From positions 496,001 through 560,000 of the forward strand of contig CATNEN010000033.1 of NCBI GenBank assembly GCA_950097015.1: a stretch of 64,000 nucleotides of DNA, in the 5' to 3' direction. The translations under genes and the position numbers were made by a program. Positions 19,800-46,904 of this stretch are shown here, one piece after another; within the stretch, counting starts at the first letter, position 1; the number at the start of each line of letters is the position of its first letter. The DNA comes from Macrostomum hystrix (Eukaryota; Animalia; Platyhelminthes). A model generated the notes under the pieces. That model did not search any database, was not told the origin of the DNA, and worked only from the letters and a program-made list of their open reading frames with translations.

Positions 19800-21614
19800 T
19801 CAGGCGATCTCGATAGCGGCCGCCTTCTCCAGGTGGAGCTCCTTGATCACCTCCTCCTTGAGCATGAACTTTTGCACCTTGCCGGTGACCGTCATGGGGA
19901 ACTCCTTTCTGAACAGCACGTAGCGCGGGATTTTGAAGTGCGCGATCTCGCCCTTGCAGAAGGCCTTCAGCTCGGCCTCAGTCAGCGACATCCCCGGGCG
20001 CAGTCGCAGAACGGCGCAGAGCTCCTCGCCCAATCGCTCGTCGGGCACACCGACAATTTGGGCCTCGGCAATGGCTGGATGGCTGTGCAGGAAGTTCTCT
20101 ATCTCCGCGGGGTAGAGGTTCTCTCCGCCGCGGATCACCATGTCCCGGATGCGGCCCCGGATGTGGCCGTAACCGTCAGCGTCTAGGAAGCCGATGTCGC
20201 CGGTGCGGTACCAGCGGTCCTCGCCGATCACCTCTGTAGTCTTCTTGGCGTCGTTGAAATAGCCGCGCATAACGGCATAGCCGCGGATGCAAATCTCGCC
20301 ACGCTGTCCGATGGGTACCATGCGGCCCTCCGGGTCGGCGATCTTCACCTCCATGTGCGCGGACAGGCGCCCGACAGAGCCCGTTCGCTTCTCTAGACTG
20401 TCGTCCGGCAGGCCCTGGAAAGTGACGGGGCTGTTCTCCGTGGTCCCGTAAGCGATGGTCACCCGCTCCATGTGTAGCTCGGACACGATGCGGCGCATCA
20501 CCTCCACCGGGCAGGGCGAGCCGGCGATGATTCCCGTCCGAAGCGAGCGGAGGTCCCGCTTGGCCAAGTCCGGCTGCGATAGAATATCGATGAACATTGT
20601 CGGCGTGCCGTAGAGCGCCGTGCATCTTTCTGACTCCACGGCGCTCAAGCTGGCTGCAGGTTCGAAGCTTGGCGACGGATAAACGCAGGTGGCGCCGTGC
20701 AGGACGATCTGCAGGTTGCCAAGGCCCATGCCGAAGCAGTGGTAGAACGGCACCTGGACGCAGATGCGGGCCTGATGCTTGTGAAACTCGCAGCGCATGC
20801 CGACAAAATAAGCATTGTTGATGATGTTGTGATGCGTCAGGGCCGCGCCCTTCGGACTGCCGGTGGTGCCGGAGGTGAACTGGATGTTGATCACGTCGTC
20901 CATCTGCAGCCGCTCGGCTAGCCGGCGAAGCTGAGCCTCAGTTGCCGGGTCGGAGCCGCCCGCCTGGCACACCTCGTCGTACAGGTAGGCTCCCGGCCTC
21001 TCCTCCTGACCCATCATGATAAGGTGCGTTAGCGAGGGCATAGCTCGGCCAGACAGAGAGCCCGGCTTTGAAGTGGGCAGCTCCGGGCAGAGGTCGCACA
21101 GCATGCCGTAGTAGTCAGACGTTTTGAAGCTGGGCGCGGAGACCAGCGCTCGGACGCCGACCCGGTTGACGCAGTACTCGAGCTCGTGCGGACGGTAGGC
21201 CGGGTTGATGTTCACCAGCACTAGGCCGGCCTTGGCTGCGGCGAACTGGGTGGTCACCCACTCCGGGCTGTTGGGCCCCCAGATGCCCAGCCTGTCTCCC
21301 GGCTGCAGCCCCAGCGACAAGAAGCCCCTGGCGAGGCGGTCAACATCGGCGCGAAACTCCGCCACAGATCGGCGCAGCGGGCCGCCATCCGGACCACCGA
21401 AGCGGAACACGAAGGCCTCCCGGTCCGGCTGCTTGGCGGCAGCGGCGTCCAGCAGCTGGCCGACTGTCCCACCCATCAGCGGAATGTCAGCCGGGCCGCA
21501 CGCATAGCTCAATCGCTCCGGCAGCAGCGGCATCGGCGGTGGTGACGGCAGCTGCTGGCACGGCCGGAGACCGCTAAGCGACAGGTGACGCAGCCCCTTG
21601 GCTGTAGGGAGCAT
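19800..21614 (-). CDS. ACSF2: Medium-chain acyl-CoA ligase ACSF2-like (AMP-binding ANL enzyme), intronless CDS, 604 aa
   Basis: Motifs IQFTSGTTGSPKG, AYGTTENSP, YRTGD, IRGGENLYPAEIE, FKIPRY, TGKVQKF, plus GDRLGIWGPNS and NPAY..ELEY segments recognisable from animal ACSF2. Basic/hydrophobic N-terminal extension is consistent with a mitochondrial presequence. Confidence 0.9.
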   Translation of the reverse strand: MLPTAKGLRHLSLSGLRPCQQLPSPPPMPLLPERLSYACGPADIPLMGGTVGQLLDAAAAKQPDREAFVFRFGGPDGGPLRRSVAEFRADVDRLARGFLSLGLQPGDRLGIWGPNSPEWVTTQFAAAKAGLVLVNINPAYRPHELEYCVNRVGVRALVSAPSFKTSDYYGMLCDLCPELPTSKPGSLSGRAMPSLTHLIMMGQEERPGAYLYDEVCQAGGSDPATEAQLRRLAERLQMDDVINIQFTSGTTGSPKGAALTHHNIINNAYFVGMRCEFHKHQARICVQVPFYHCFGMGLGNLQIVLHGATCVYPSPSFEPAASLSAVESERCTALYGTPTMFIDILSQPDLAKRDLRSLRTGIIAGSPCPVEVMRRIVSELHMERVTIAYGTTENSPVTFQGLPDDSLEKRTGSVGRLSAHMEVKIADPEGRMVPIGQRGEICIRGYAVMRGYFNDAKKTTEVIGEDRWYRTGDIGFLDADGYGHIRGRIRDMVIRGGENLYPAEIENFLHSHPAIAEAQIVGVPDERLGEELCAVLRLRPGMSLTEAELKAFCKGEIAHFKIPRYVLFRKEFPMTVTGKVQKFMLKEEVIKELHLEKAAAIEIA

Positions 21615-22094
21615 GCTTGCTGCCTGCTTGCACAGCTGCTACTGCTGCTAAGAGAAGCAATTGGATTGTGTGAGTGAGCAGTGCTGAGCAGTAATTTTCT
21701 ATGCCTTGTGTGCGCACTGGTCACATTGTGGGCTGGCTGCAGACTTGTACGCCTTGCACACGGTGTGAAGCTATTTGGGTAGAGGGTAGAGAGAAAAGTG
21801 TCACATGACGGGTCACTTATCCTGTGCAACTGCCTTTTTCGAAGTACAGCCCTTGCAAGGCTTGGTCAATATAAACAAACTGGTGAAAGATAGGTTGGCA
21901 GCCCGAGCTCTTTAAGTTGTACTTCTAAAATCAATTGGATAAGAGTGACAACGGCAAATTTTTTGTTTTCTCTGCCTTTATCTGAGACATTGAGACATCT
22001 GTGACATTGCCCAAGACCATGTTCTGAAAACAATGGCCAATAGAGTTTGCCATCTTCTATGCATGGATGAGTTCAGAGTAACCTATGCGCGGCG

Positions 22095-22415
22095 GGGAAC
22101 GAGATTCAGAGTGGTAAACGCATTTGCCTCTCGCACTAAGATTCCTGAGCTCTATGCCGCGCGGTGAGGCCACATTCATTTAGTGCGCAGCCTCGGAGAG
22201 AAGGCTTGAGGGCTTGTCGTGCAATTTACGCCCTTAATGGCCAACTTCCAAGGCACAGTTAGAGTGCACACTGCCTGACGATGAGAAAGTCAGGGAAGAT
22301 TTACACACCTGTGTGAGCGTGTGCCTGCGTACGGTATCTGTGTGTGTGTGTGCTCAGGAGTCAGCGAAATGGGCAGAATTGCTACCTCGCTGGCTGTCTG
22401 TCACCAAATAAGTGG
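22095..22415 (+). mobile_element. tRNA-derived SINE copy (diverged)
   Basis: Shares the body (GGCCACATTCATTT...GGAGAGAAGGCTTG...CTGCCTGACGATGAGAAAGTCAGG...GCTCAGGAGTCAGCGAAATGGGCAGAATTGC) with the copies at 31764, 37641 and 51511. Confidence 0.8.
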
Positions 22416-22561
22416 CAATTTTCTGTGGCTAAAACTTATGATACGCTCTTGAAACTCAAAGTGTTGCTGTCAACCCTAACAGTGCCATGCACTGCTCCAT
22501 GATCTTGATAAAAATTTTAATTGGCGCTCTGAAAACTGTTCAGGTTTTTGTTGGATAAGCA

Positions 22562-23040
22562 GGCAACCCCTTCACTGGAGAACAGCTGAATCAGAGGGCA
22601 ACCCCTTCACTGGAGGACAGCTGAATCAGAGGGCAACCCCTTCACTGGAGGACAGCTGAATCAGAGGGCAACCCCTTCACTGGAGGACAGCTGAATCAGA
22701 GGGCAACCCCTTCACTGGAGGACAGCTGAATCAGAGGGCAACCCCTTCACTGGAGGACAGCTGAATCAGAGGGCAACCCCTTCACTGGAGGACAGCTGAA
22801 TCAGAGGGCAACCCCTTCACTGGAGGACAGCTGAATCAGAGGGCAACCCCTTCACTGGAGGACAGCTGAATCAGAGGGCAACCCCTTCACTGGAGGACAG
22901 CTGAATCAGAGGGCCACCCCTTCACTGGAGGACAGCTGAATCAGAGGGCAACCCCTTCACTGGAGGACAGCTGAATCAGAGGGCAACCCCTTCACTGGAG
23001 GACAGCTGAATCAGAGGGCAACCCCTTCAGTAGAGGACAG
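22562..23040. repeat. 35-bp minisatellite (GGGCAACCCCTTCACTGGAGGACAGCTGAATCAGA)
   Basis: About 13.5 nearly identical units with no spacers. Confidence 0.95.
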
Positions 23041-23087
23041 AAAAGAATGTAACTAAATTAGGAAATGTAATCCAATGAGCTCATTGC

Positions 23088-26000
23088 TTAAAGTACAGTC
23101 AAAGAACCAAGGCGGTGAACACCGGATTCAGGCATCAGTCTCGCCTCATCCACTCGCAGCTCCGGCTGCTCTAAGAAGCGGATGACGAATTCAGTAGCTT
23201 AAATAGCAAGAGTAGTATGTAAAACATTTTTGAGTAGCTTGTGTATTGTTTTCAGGCCTTCAAATTAAAATTAATTTCAGGGCAGAAAATACTAGTCGAC
23301 AATAGTTGATAAAGCGACAAGGTTACCATATATTCGGCGGTTAAGCATAAACAATACAGGGTGATTGGTGTCATAGGGTTTGCTGCTGTACTACTGAGGT
23401 GCTTGTCGGTAAGAGTCTACTGTGCCGATGTGACTTGCCACGAAAGAAACTGCCGCTTTGTGTCAGTACACAAGAGAACAATAAAATGATTAGATAAAAA
23501 TTATTTAAATCAACATTTTAAACTCACTTACGATAGTCGAGTTTTCAAAAAAATAGGGCGAAAAAATCGAATCTGCCAACTTGCGGTAGCAAAAAAGAGA
23601 ATAAAAAATCGTTTCTCAGGCTCGAAAAAAGTAGAATAAAATCCAAGGAGTTTTGTAGAAATCACGGAAAATATACACTGGGTTTTCTATTTCCGGGAAA
23701 AATAACAGGACGGTCATCGTTCTTTCTGGAATGTACGAGCGAAAGTTAACAGTGCAATTGTTGGTGTTGAGATGTAGGCCTGTGGTGAGTGTCGAGACTT
23801 TTATATAATCTTTCATATTTTTCATTTTTTAATACATTATGCTAAATATTGATGTTATAACAGTGCTCTAACTACTGTTGTGCAATATAAAATAGCTGGG
23901 TCAGGTTTAAACTGCCCTTTTTATTAGGGCTGTGGACCAGTAAATAGAATGCTGGGAGCTTTGGTTAAACTGACAGTGAGTTTTTCATTTCGGATTGTCG
24001 GCTGGCGTTTTCCTGCCGTCTTTATTCGCGCTCTGAAATTATTTAGGGCAGTTAAGACTTATATCGATTTTGCCTTTGATATATATAGTAACAAGTTTCA
24101 GTAATAGCATTGTTGGTATATCTGGCTGGATGTTGTTAAAAATAGAATAGGCGGAGGGTTATGGAGGGAGACTGTCTGAATGATGTTTCTAAAAATAGAA
24201 TAGGCGGAAGGTTATGGAGGGAGACTGTCTGAATGATGTTTCTAAAAATAGAATAGGCGGAGGGTTATGGAGGGACATTGTCTGGATGATGTTTCTAAAA
24301 ATAGAATAGGCGGAGGGTTATGGAGGGACATTGTCTGGATGATGTTTCTAAAAATAGAATAGGCGGAGGGTTATGGAGGGACATTGTCTGGATGATGTTT
24401 CTAAAAATAGAATAGGCGGAGGGTTATGGAGGGACATTGTCTGGATGATGTTTCTAAAAATAGAACCGGCGTCAGGTCACGTAGGGAGATTGTCTAAACG
24501 ACTTTTCTAAAAATAGAATTGGCGGAAGGTTATAGGGGGAGATTGTCTTGAGAATGTCTTGGTCTTACCTGATTTGCTTCCGACTTAATGACGCCCATTG
24601 CCTGAAATGATTTAAGTAGGATCAAATGAAAAAAATGTAATTGCTAAATTCTAAGTATAGTGTAAGCTGGTTAATTTCACAACATCCAGTCATGCTACAG
24701 GGGAAATAAATAAGTGTTCACGGAAAAAATAAAGGCTATTTTATTTTTTTTACTATGGCTTTGGTGAAGTTAGTTATATTTGATAAATATTGCCAATTGA
24801 ATTTATTGAATTTGACTACTCCATTGAATCGAGTGCCTGTGCATGCGCAGTGTACGGACTCCGTGCTGACACGCCCAGATCATTGTCTCCAGTCGCCATT
24901 TCATTAATTTTTTCAAGTCAACTTTTTTAGATGGTAAGCATAAAATCTACAAGCGAAGCCGTTAATATTTTCCTGGGTCATCCCGATTGCGACCTGCTAT
25001 TGAGATCCTACACAACAGCTCGCTCGGATAAGCTATCAGAGACTATGGGAATAATGTTAGGCAATGCCAAGGTTGTGCTGGAAAGCGAGCAGGAGGAACA
25101 GGTGAGTAAGCTGCGCCAGCAATCAGCAGGGGCTGGGATACCTTCGGCATCGTGCAACTCCTGGACCCGCCTGGCCGCCTGCTCTGCGATGTCATCGATC
25201 AGGGCCTTGGCTGCAATCCGGGGGGTTTGGCAATGGTTTTCAGACAGCTTCCAATGCTTTTCTGTGGCACTGCTCAGCTAGTACCTTGAGAACACAAGCC
25301 TGAGTAAATCATGAGCATATTTATTTGCAACAATGCGATCGCAGCTAAGTCTAAAAAGAGAAAAGGCAGAGGTGCGAACACCCAAATATCTAGGCAGGAG
25401 CAGAGAGGCGTGCAAATATTTAGCCGGACAGATAATGCTGATGGGAAGTCTAAATCCCTCCTCCAGAACAATTCGTTAGCCACCTCACTCCTCTAACAGC
25501 CACCTCACTCCTCCAACAGCCACCCCACTCCTCCAACAGCCACCTCAACTCCTCCAACAGCCAGCTCACTCCTCCAGCGGCCACCTCACTCCTCCATCAG
25601 CCACCCGAATCCACAAACGAGCACCCCACTGCCCTGACCCATTCTGAACAGCCACCACACTCCTCAAACAGCCACCTCATTCCTCCAACATCCACCTCAC
25701 TCCTCCATCAGCCACATGAATCTCAAAACGAGCTCCCCACTGCCCTAACCCATTCTGAACAGCCACCCCACTCCTTTAACAGCCACCTCACTCCTCCAGT
25801 GTCCACCTCACTCCTCCAACAGCCACCTCACTCCTCAATCAGCTAACCGAATCCACAAACGAGCACCCCACTGCCCTGACAAATTCTGAACAGCCACCTC
25901 ACTCCTCCAACAGCCACCTCACTCCTCCAGCGGCCACCTCACTCCTCAAACATCCACCTCACTCCTCCATCAGCCACATGAATCTCAAAACGAGCTCCCC

Positions 26001-29000
26001 ACTGCCCTAACCCATTCTGAACAGCCACCCCACTCCTCCAACAGCCACCTCACTTCTCCATCAGCCACCCGAATTCACAAACGAGCACCCCACTGCCCAA
26101 ACAGCCACCTCGCTTATCCAATCAAATCCGAACAGCCATGTCACACCTCGAAGCCGATCCGTAAATCCAAATCCAAATCCCTCATCCAAGCCTATTTAAA
26201 CAGCGAACTCAGTTTTGTTGCCAATATTCCGGTCAAACCTCGAGCATTCTACTGGATAAGTGATGTGAGGATAGCTCTAGACTTTTCCTAATTTACAGTG
26301 CTAAAAAGATTGTGACACGTACGTTTCTATGTGCAAGTAAGGGTCTCAGATGTTCACTAATCGTGAACGGATACTGTGTAAGTGGATTGTTAAATAAAGA
26401 TAAAGAGAAAAAACAGCAGCCCGTTGTTGGGTTCTAGCACAAACCTTTGGCCTCTGAAATGAAAAGAATTGAGTTTTTTTCGAAAACTGTGTACGATACA
26501 TATCAGTGATGAATTTTGACAGACATATAAGTCATTGATATAGTACATTACTATTACAGTTTTACTCTTGCAGAAAGGTTTAGTAAAGTTTTAAAAAATA
26601 ATACTTATGGTGATTCGTTAATAGCGCTTCATTTTTAAAAAGCTTTTAAAAATAAGCATGCAAGCTAGATCAATGTTAAAGAGAATTCAATACTTTAATA
26701 TATGCTTATTCCTTGCCCAACCTTCTATTTTGTCAACCTCACTCTACATCCACCTCATTATAAACCCACCTGCCTTCACGCCAACCCCACACCCACTTCA
26801 CTTCACACCCACCTCACTCCGCACCCACATCACTTAAAACCCACCTCACTCCGCACCCACCTCACTCCACACCGAACTCTCTCCGCAGTCACTTTACTCT
26901 GCACCAATCTCACTCCGCACCCACCTCACTATAAACCCACCTACCTCCACACCAACCTCACTCCACACCCACCTCATTCCGCACCCACCTACCCACCTCA
27001 CTTCGCACTCTCTCCACACACTTTGGTCAACTTTGATGATATTTCCACGAAACGCAATAGAATTTTGTGTTAAATAAATCAGAGTACGCTCTGACATTAA
27101 GAAAAACAGAAAGCTTGTCTACACAGATCTTGCGTACATATGTTAATATAAGATCCATGGTCTAAACCAACTTTATTTACAGGTTAACCACAAATTTAAA
27201 GAAAAAAAGTAAATTAATTCAGTTTCTAATTTTTAGCTTGCTTTACTAAGATTGCAACTGTGGACCGGCCCTCGAATTACATCAGTATTTAATAAGTTCT
27301 AATGTACTGTCAGCTAATTACCATAGACGTCGAGCAAGTCTCGGAAAGTTTGGGTCGATGGCTGAATGAGAAGCAGCTGCTGGTCTGAAGTGTTATTCGG
27401 TCCCACGGCTGGTTTTAACCCCAGGCTCAAACTCCGGTCCTGTTTTTTGTTTTAATGCTTCCTTAAAGTGCCTTTAAATTCCTACAAAACGCAGGCCTTA
27501 CCATCTTCCTCGTACTGCTTTAGCTCGTCATCTTCCGTCAGATTTTCTGAAAAGTAAAACATTATGTTTGCATTACATAAAATTAGTTTTATTTTTTTGT
27601 GGAATTTATTGGTAAACTCATTAAACAACAACCCTAATAATGCAGTCCAAAACTTGCCAAGCAGCAAAGCCAAAAAAACTAGGAAATTTAGCAGTGCACA
27701 AAATATTGACAAACAGCATTGGATTGCAGGATCAACATCACAAAATCACAAAATGACACAAATTTCTTTCAACTGCTTTCAGCTAGCTTTCACAACTAAA
27801 GCAATATATTAAGTATGAGTCTTAATTTTTCCTTTGTGTACAACCGTAAACTATTTAACTGTAAACTGTTAAACGGTAAGAAACACGATCTAATCAGATA
27901 AAAGTACAGGTCAACAAAAAACTAGCGGCTTGTAGATGCGCAGACAATATTAAAAGCTTTAAGCGGCCAATTTCTAAGGAAGTTTCTATTCTATGGCTAC
28001 AGTTTTTGGCGATAGTCTATGGCTACAGTTTTTGGCGATAGTCTATGGTTACAGTTTTTGGCGATAGTCTATGGCTACAGTTTTTGGCGATAGTCTATGG
28101 CTACAGTTTTTAGCGATAGCCAACGGCTAAAGTATATGGATATAGTCTATGGGTATAGTCAACGGCTACTGTCCACGGCTATAGTCTATGGCTATAGTCT
28201 ATGACTATAATCTATGGCTACAGTTTTTGGCTATAGTCTATGGCTATAGTCTATGGCTATAGTTTTGGCTACAGTCTTTGGCTATAGTTTATGGCGCACT
28301 CCCGTGCATGTCCCTTATCATAAAACGCAAGCATCCTTGCGAATCGTTAAATATTCGAATGCGCAAAATATTTCGTCAAATTATCTTAAATAAACCATCA
28401 GACACTCGAAGGCCGGTGCGTTTCATCGCTTGAAGTCAAAGCCTATTGTACAAGGAGCAAATCCCAATGCTCAATACCCATGCGTGTGCTTGTGTACAGG
28501 GGACTTACAGAGTGCATTGTACATGGCATGCGGCTGGGTAAGGGGCCTGTCTGCCTGCCCAGTACAGTGGGAGAATTGTGCTCTGCGACTATAAGCTACG
28601 CTGGGGATTTAACCAGTTGTGGATCGTTAAAAAATAATTCCGTTACAATTCAAACCTATAAGTAAGAGGCTTTGTAACGTAGTTTTTTCGTCAATAACAA
28701 TTGACGATAGATTTAAAGTTGTAGCAAAAAGAATGTTTCGTTAAACTAAATCTCTGATTCGTTAAATCGACGATTAAGAAAAAAGTGTTAACGATACCTA
28801 CCGCTGTAATTTGAAACGCAAAAATTCAAGTAACGAATTTTATTTATTAAACGATATCCACCACTGGTTGCTGCCATAGTTACTAGGCTAAATGATCTAC
28901 AAAAGTTATTTTTAGATTCTAAAGCTAATTCGCGCTGCAGTGAAGCAGTCGTCAGACATCGAACCTGACTGCTCATGCTGCAACTCCAGCACGGCTGCTG

Positions 29001-29042
29001 ACACAGCTTCGGCCACCAGCCTGGAGGTGGCTAGAGACAGGC
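23088..29042 (-). CDS. Candidate 3' micro-exons of the DCX-PLAT gene
   Basis: Phase 1-1 compatible candidates: 29042..28965 (LSLATSRLVAEAVSAAVLELQHEQS; weak GTTCG donor), 27546..27502 (ENLTEDDELKQYEED; tttcAG/GTAAG), 25210..25142 (AKALIDDIAEQAARRVQELHDAE; ttgcAG/GTATC), and a possible last exon 23170..23088 (EQPELRVDEARL...TVL*). Support is only splice-site and phase fit. Confidence 0.4.
24138..24520. repeat. 53-bp minisatellite
   Basis: TCTAAAAATAGAATAGGCGGAGGGTTATGGAGGGACATTGTCTGGATGATGTT recurs at 53-bp spacing (24241, 24294, 24347...). Confidence 0.9.
25488..27020. repeat. C-rich complex repeats (CAGCCACCTCACTCCTCCAA family; CCACCTCACTCC family)
   Basis: Imperfect 19-20-bp units with higher-order blocks at 25488..26110, and a related degenerate array at 26720..27020. 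Confidence 0.85.
27992..28285. repeat. 26-bp / 10-bp minisatellite (GTCTATGGCTACAGTTTTTGGCGATA)
   Basis: Tandem units visible, decaying into CTATGGCTAT repeats. Confidence 0.85.
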
Positions 29043-29089
29043 CTGTGAAACAGGATCGGTGACCTCCGGGTGCGTCAATAGGAAATACG

Positions 29090-29495
29090 TCAAGCATATT
29101 CAAGCTATTTTTAGCAGCCAATGAGTGAGCATTCAAGCAATTTTTAGCAGCCAATGAGTGAGCGTTCAAGCTATTTTTAGCAGCCAATGAGTGAGCATTC
29201 AAGCTATTTTCAGCAGCCAATGAGTGAGCATTCAAGCTATTTTTAGCAGCCAATGAGTGAGCATTCAAGCAATTTTTAGCAGCCAATGAGTGAGCGTTCA
29301 AGCTATTTTTAGCGGCCAATGAGTGAGCATTCAAGCTATTTTTAGCAGCCAATTAGTGAGCATTCAAGCAATTTTTAGCAGCCAATGAGTGAGCGTTCAA
29401 GCTATTTTTAGCGGCCAATGAGTGAGCATTCAAGCTATTTTTAGCAGCCAATTAGTGAGCATTCAAGCTATTTTCAGCAGCCAATGAGTGAGCAG
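29090..29495. repeat. 33-bp minisatellite containing a CCAAT box in each of 12 units
   Basis: TTCAAGCTATTTTTAGCAGCCAATGAGTGAGCA; CCAAT at 29118 + 33n up to 29481. Confidence 0.95.
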
Positions 29496-30538
29496 TCGAC
29501 GCGGGCTGTGAATTAACTCTGACATTCAATGACCGCCAGTCAAATGTTGACGAACAAGGTGAAGCTGGCGAACTCTGATTTGTAACTTAAGGACTTCTTT
29601 TTACTCTTTATGTGCTTTGCTAGTCGGGCTGTCAAAGAGAACGATTTGAGCAGTCATGTGTAAGCGTATAGGATAAAAAACTCCTGTGTTTAAAGTCCTA
29701 TTAGAAAGGAGGAGACAGTAAGTAATTTCTTGTCTAAAAAACGTAAACTACGTTTGTAGTTAGTACTGCTTACAATCTTCACCCCAAGATTAGGCTCAAT
29801 GAAATTTAACTCGCCCAGATAGTTTTTTCGTGATTGAACATTCTGTGTACAGCTGTTCAGTCCACGGACTGAAGGCCGATACACCTATTTTCAGACCCAG
29901 TTAATACTGGTGCCCATTTTAAAGCTGGATAAACTGAAGACCCCACTCAACCCGTCCTCCGACCCTACCCACCCCTCCACAGACCCAACCAACCCCGACA
30001 CCCACCCCAGCCAGCCAGCCAATCTGCGAACTGCGCTATAGAGGACCATTTTCCAAGTACTCACATACTCAAATATGCACAGAATAAAGTAATTTCAGAT
30101 TCATCCTACTCATTGCTAGGTCATTGAGCGGTATAATTCTATTAAATGCAAAGCAAAGCAAATATTACAAATCCGGCATTATAACACATAAAAGTACATT
30201 CGGCTATTCTCAGCTAATGCAATAAAAAGTCGAAATGTAGTATCGAATGTAAGCTAGCAGCCCGCTGACCCGCATAACCATTGTTTATTAGGCATATTCT
30301 ACTGTCACTACTGGCGAAAAGTAGTAGTGTTAAGCGAACAACACCGTCGGAATTGTGTAGTAGGAAAGTGTTGTCCTGAGAAGCCAGCCCATATATTGTT
30401 TAAATATTTGTTTATATGCTAAATTACCCAGCTCTTGTTCCTTGGTGTCCGCAAACTCTGCAAATAATTAAAATTGACAGGCATCTGACAGGAATCTGAC
30501 AGACCAGCTAGGAGAAAATATTAGTCGCTAGACTATTT

Positions 30539-30552
30539 GTTTCCATGGCAAC
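30539..30552. promoter_or_regulatory. RFX X-box GTTTCCATGGCAAC (intronic)
   Basis: Perfect match to the X-box consensus; an identical 14-mer also occurs at 41387..41400. Confidence 0.55.
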
Positions 30553-30574
30553 AAAGCGAGCGTTCAGAGCTCAC

Positions 30575-45654
<15,080 letters not shown>

Positions 45655-45855
45655 CGATGCGGCGGCGGCTCAACTGTTTGGCAGGCGATGTCAGGGACGA
45701 ACTGGTGAGAAACAAGAGTCGGCGCCCTCCAGTGACACAAACACGCGAGTGGGATTGGGGTGGGACAGGAATTGGGATGATAGGAGCGCCGGTCGGGCCG
45801 CGCAGTTGCTTAAATAAATGATTAGAGACGCCTCGCGATTCCCGCTGCACCATCG

Positions 45856-46208
45856 GTTGCTATTAGCAACCACCTGGCGCGCCCGTACAGCCAGGGTTAG
45901 GGTGGGGGTTTTGGGAACCGAAAAATTATAGGGCGCGGGCAGCACTGGCGGAGCACCAAAGAGCTTGGCGCAGCACAAATCTGATCCCCAAAATGCTGCA
46001 CAGACAATGCCCTCTGTCTCCTCTATCTTTCTTCCCCTTGGCGGGTCGGGTAGCTCCACTCTATGGCAACGGGCTATTGAGTGGCAGCTGGCCCAATAAA
46101 AGAAATCTGGTCCCCTGCAGTGCTCACAAAACCAATTGTCGAAATGTGCGACCTCCCCGATTCACTCGCAAAGAGAAAATATCAAGTCAGGGCCGTTTCC
46201 ATGGTGAT
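45856..46208. promoter_or_regulatory. Upstream X-box cluster of the DCX-PLAT gene
   Basis: GTTGCTATTAGCAAC (45856..45870), half-site CTATGGCAAC (46061..46070) and GTTTCCATGGTGAT (46195..46208), 200-550 bp upstream of the ATG at 45654. Confidence 0.5.
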
Positions 46209-46904
46209 TGACTGCCCCGGGGGGCTATTGAAGTGGGGGAGGGGACAGGTGGGCCGCAGGGCCAGGGGCAGATCAGACCAATTGGCAGTCTCAGCCAAGC
46301 CACAGACAACAAATTGACTTCTGTTTCAATGTCGGGGCGCCCGAGAGCAGTTTCACTGGCGATCATGCTGCCTTCTCTGCTCTCACCCGGTGTTTTTCTT
46401 TGAAGTGGCTCTCCCCCCTCAACGGAACACATTCCGTGGGCGCTGTGGCGTGGCGTCAGGCAGTCGCCATTGGAGACGGTTGATTCTCGGGGGTTGGGGG
46501 GGGTGGGGGCTCACAGCACTCGGCCATCAGCAATGTCAGTTTTGTAAAACACACTCAAGCATGATTTGTTCCATTTGTTATCCGGAATTGCACTGATTAC
46601 AGCAACTCAGCTAGAGTGAAATTTCTAGTAGCATATTTTTTCGCTTTCATACATATTAATAAACTCTCTCTGAGTTTTATGTAGCACAATAAATGAAAAC
46701 AGAGAAGATAATATGCATGTTCTGTTTCTTTGTGTCTTGTACGACTTATTTCTAAATCTAAGAGCGTTAATTTCGAATTAATCGTAATAAATGCGGCTAA
46801 AAAGTCGCGGAGGCTATCTGGTATATTTAACGGCTGATATAGTTAAATAAAACTACACACTGCACTTTCTGATTATCTTTGGCAGTATTAAGCACATTAA
46901 CAAA

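Noticed and set aside
19800-21614. Bacterial horizontal transfer of the acyl-CoA synthetase
   Set aside because: The sequence follows animal ACSF2 motifs, has a presequence-like N-terminus and an upstream splice acceptor. Being intronless alone is insufficient.
22562-23040. 35-bp repeats (also 52664-53890 and 63061-63669) of CRISPR-like length
   Set aside because: Units are contiguous with no unique spacers, there are no cas genes, and the context is eukaryotic.
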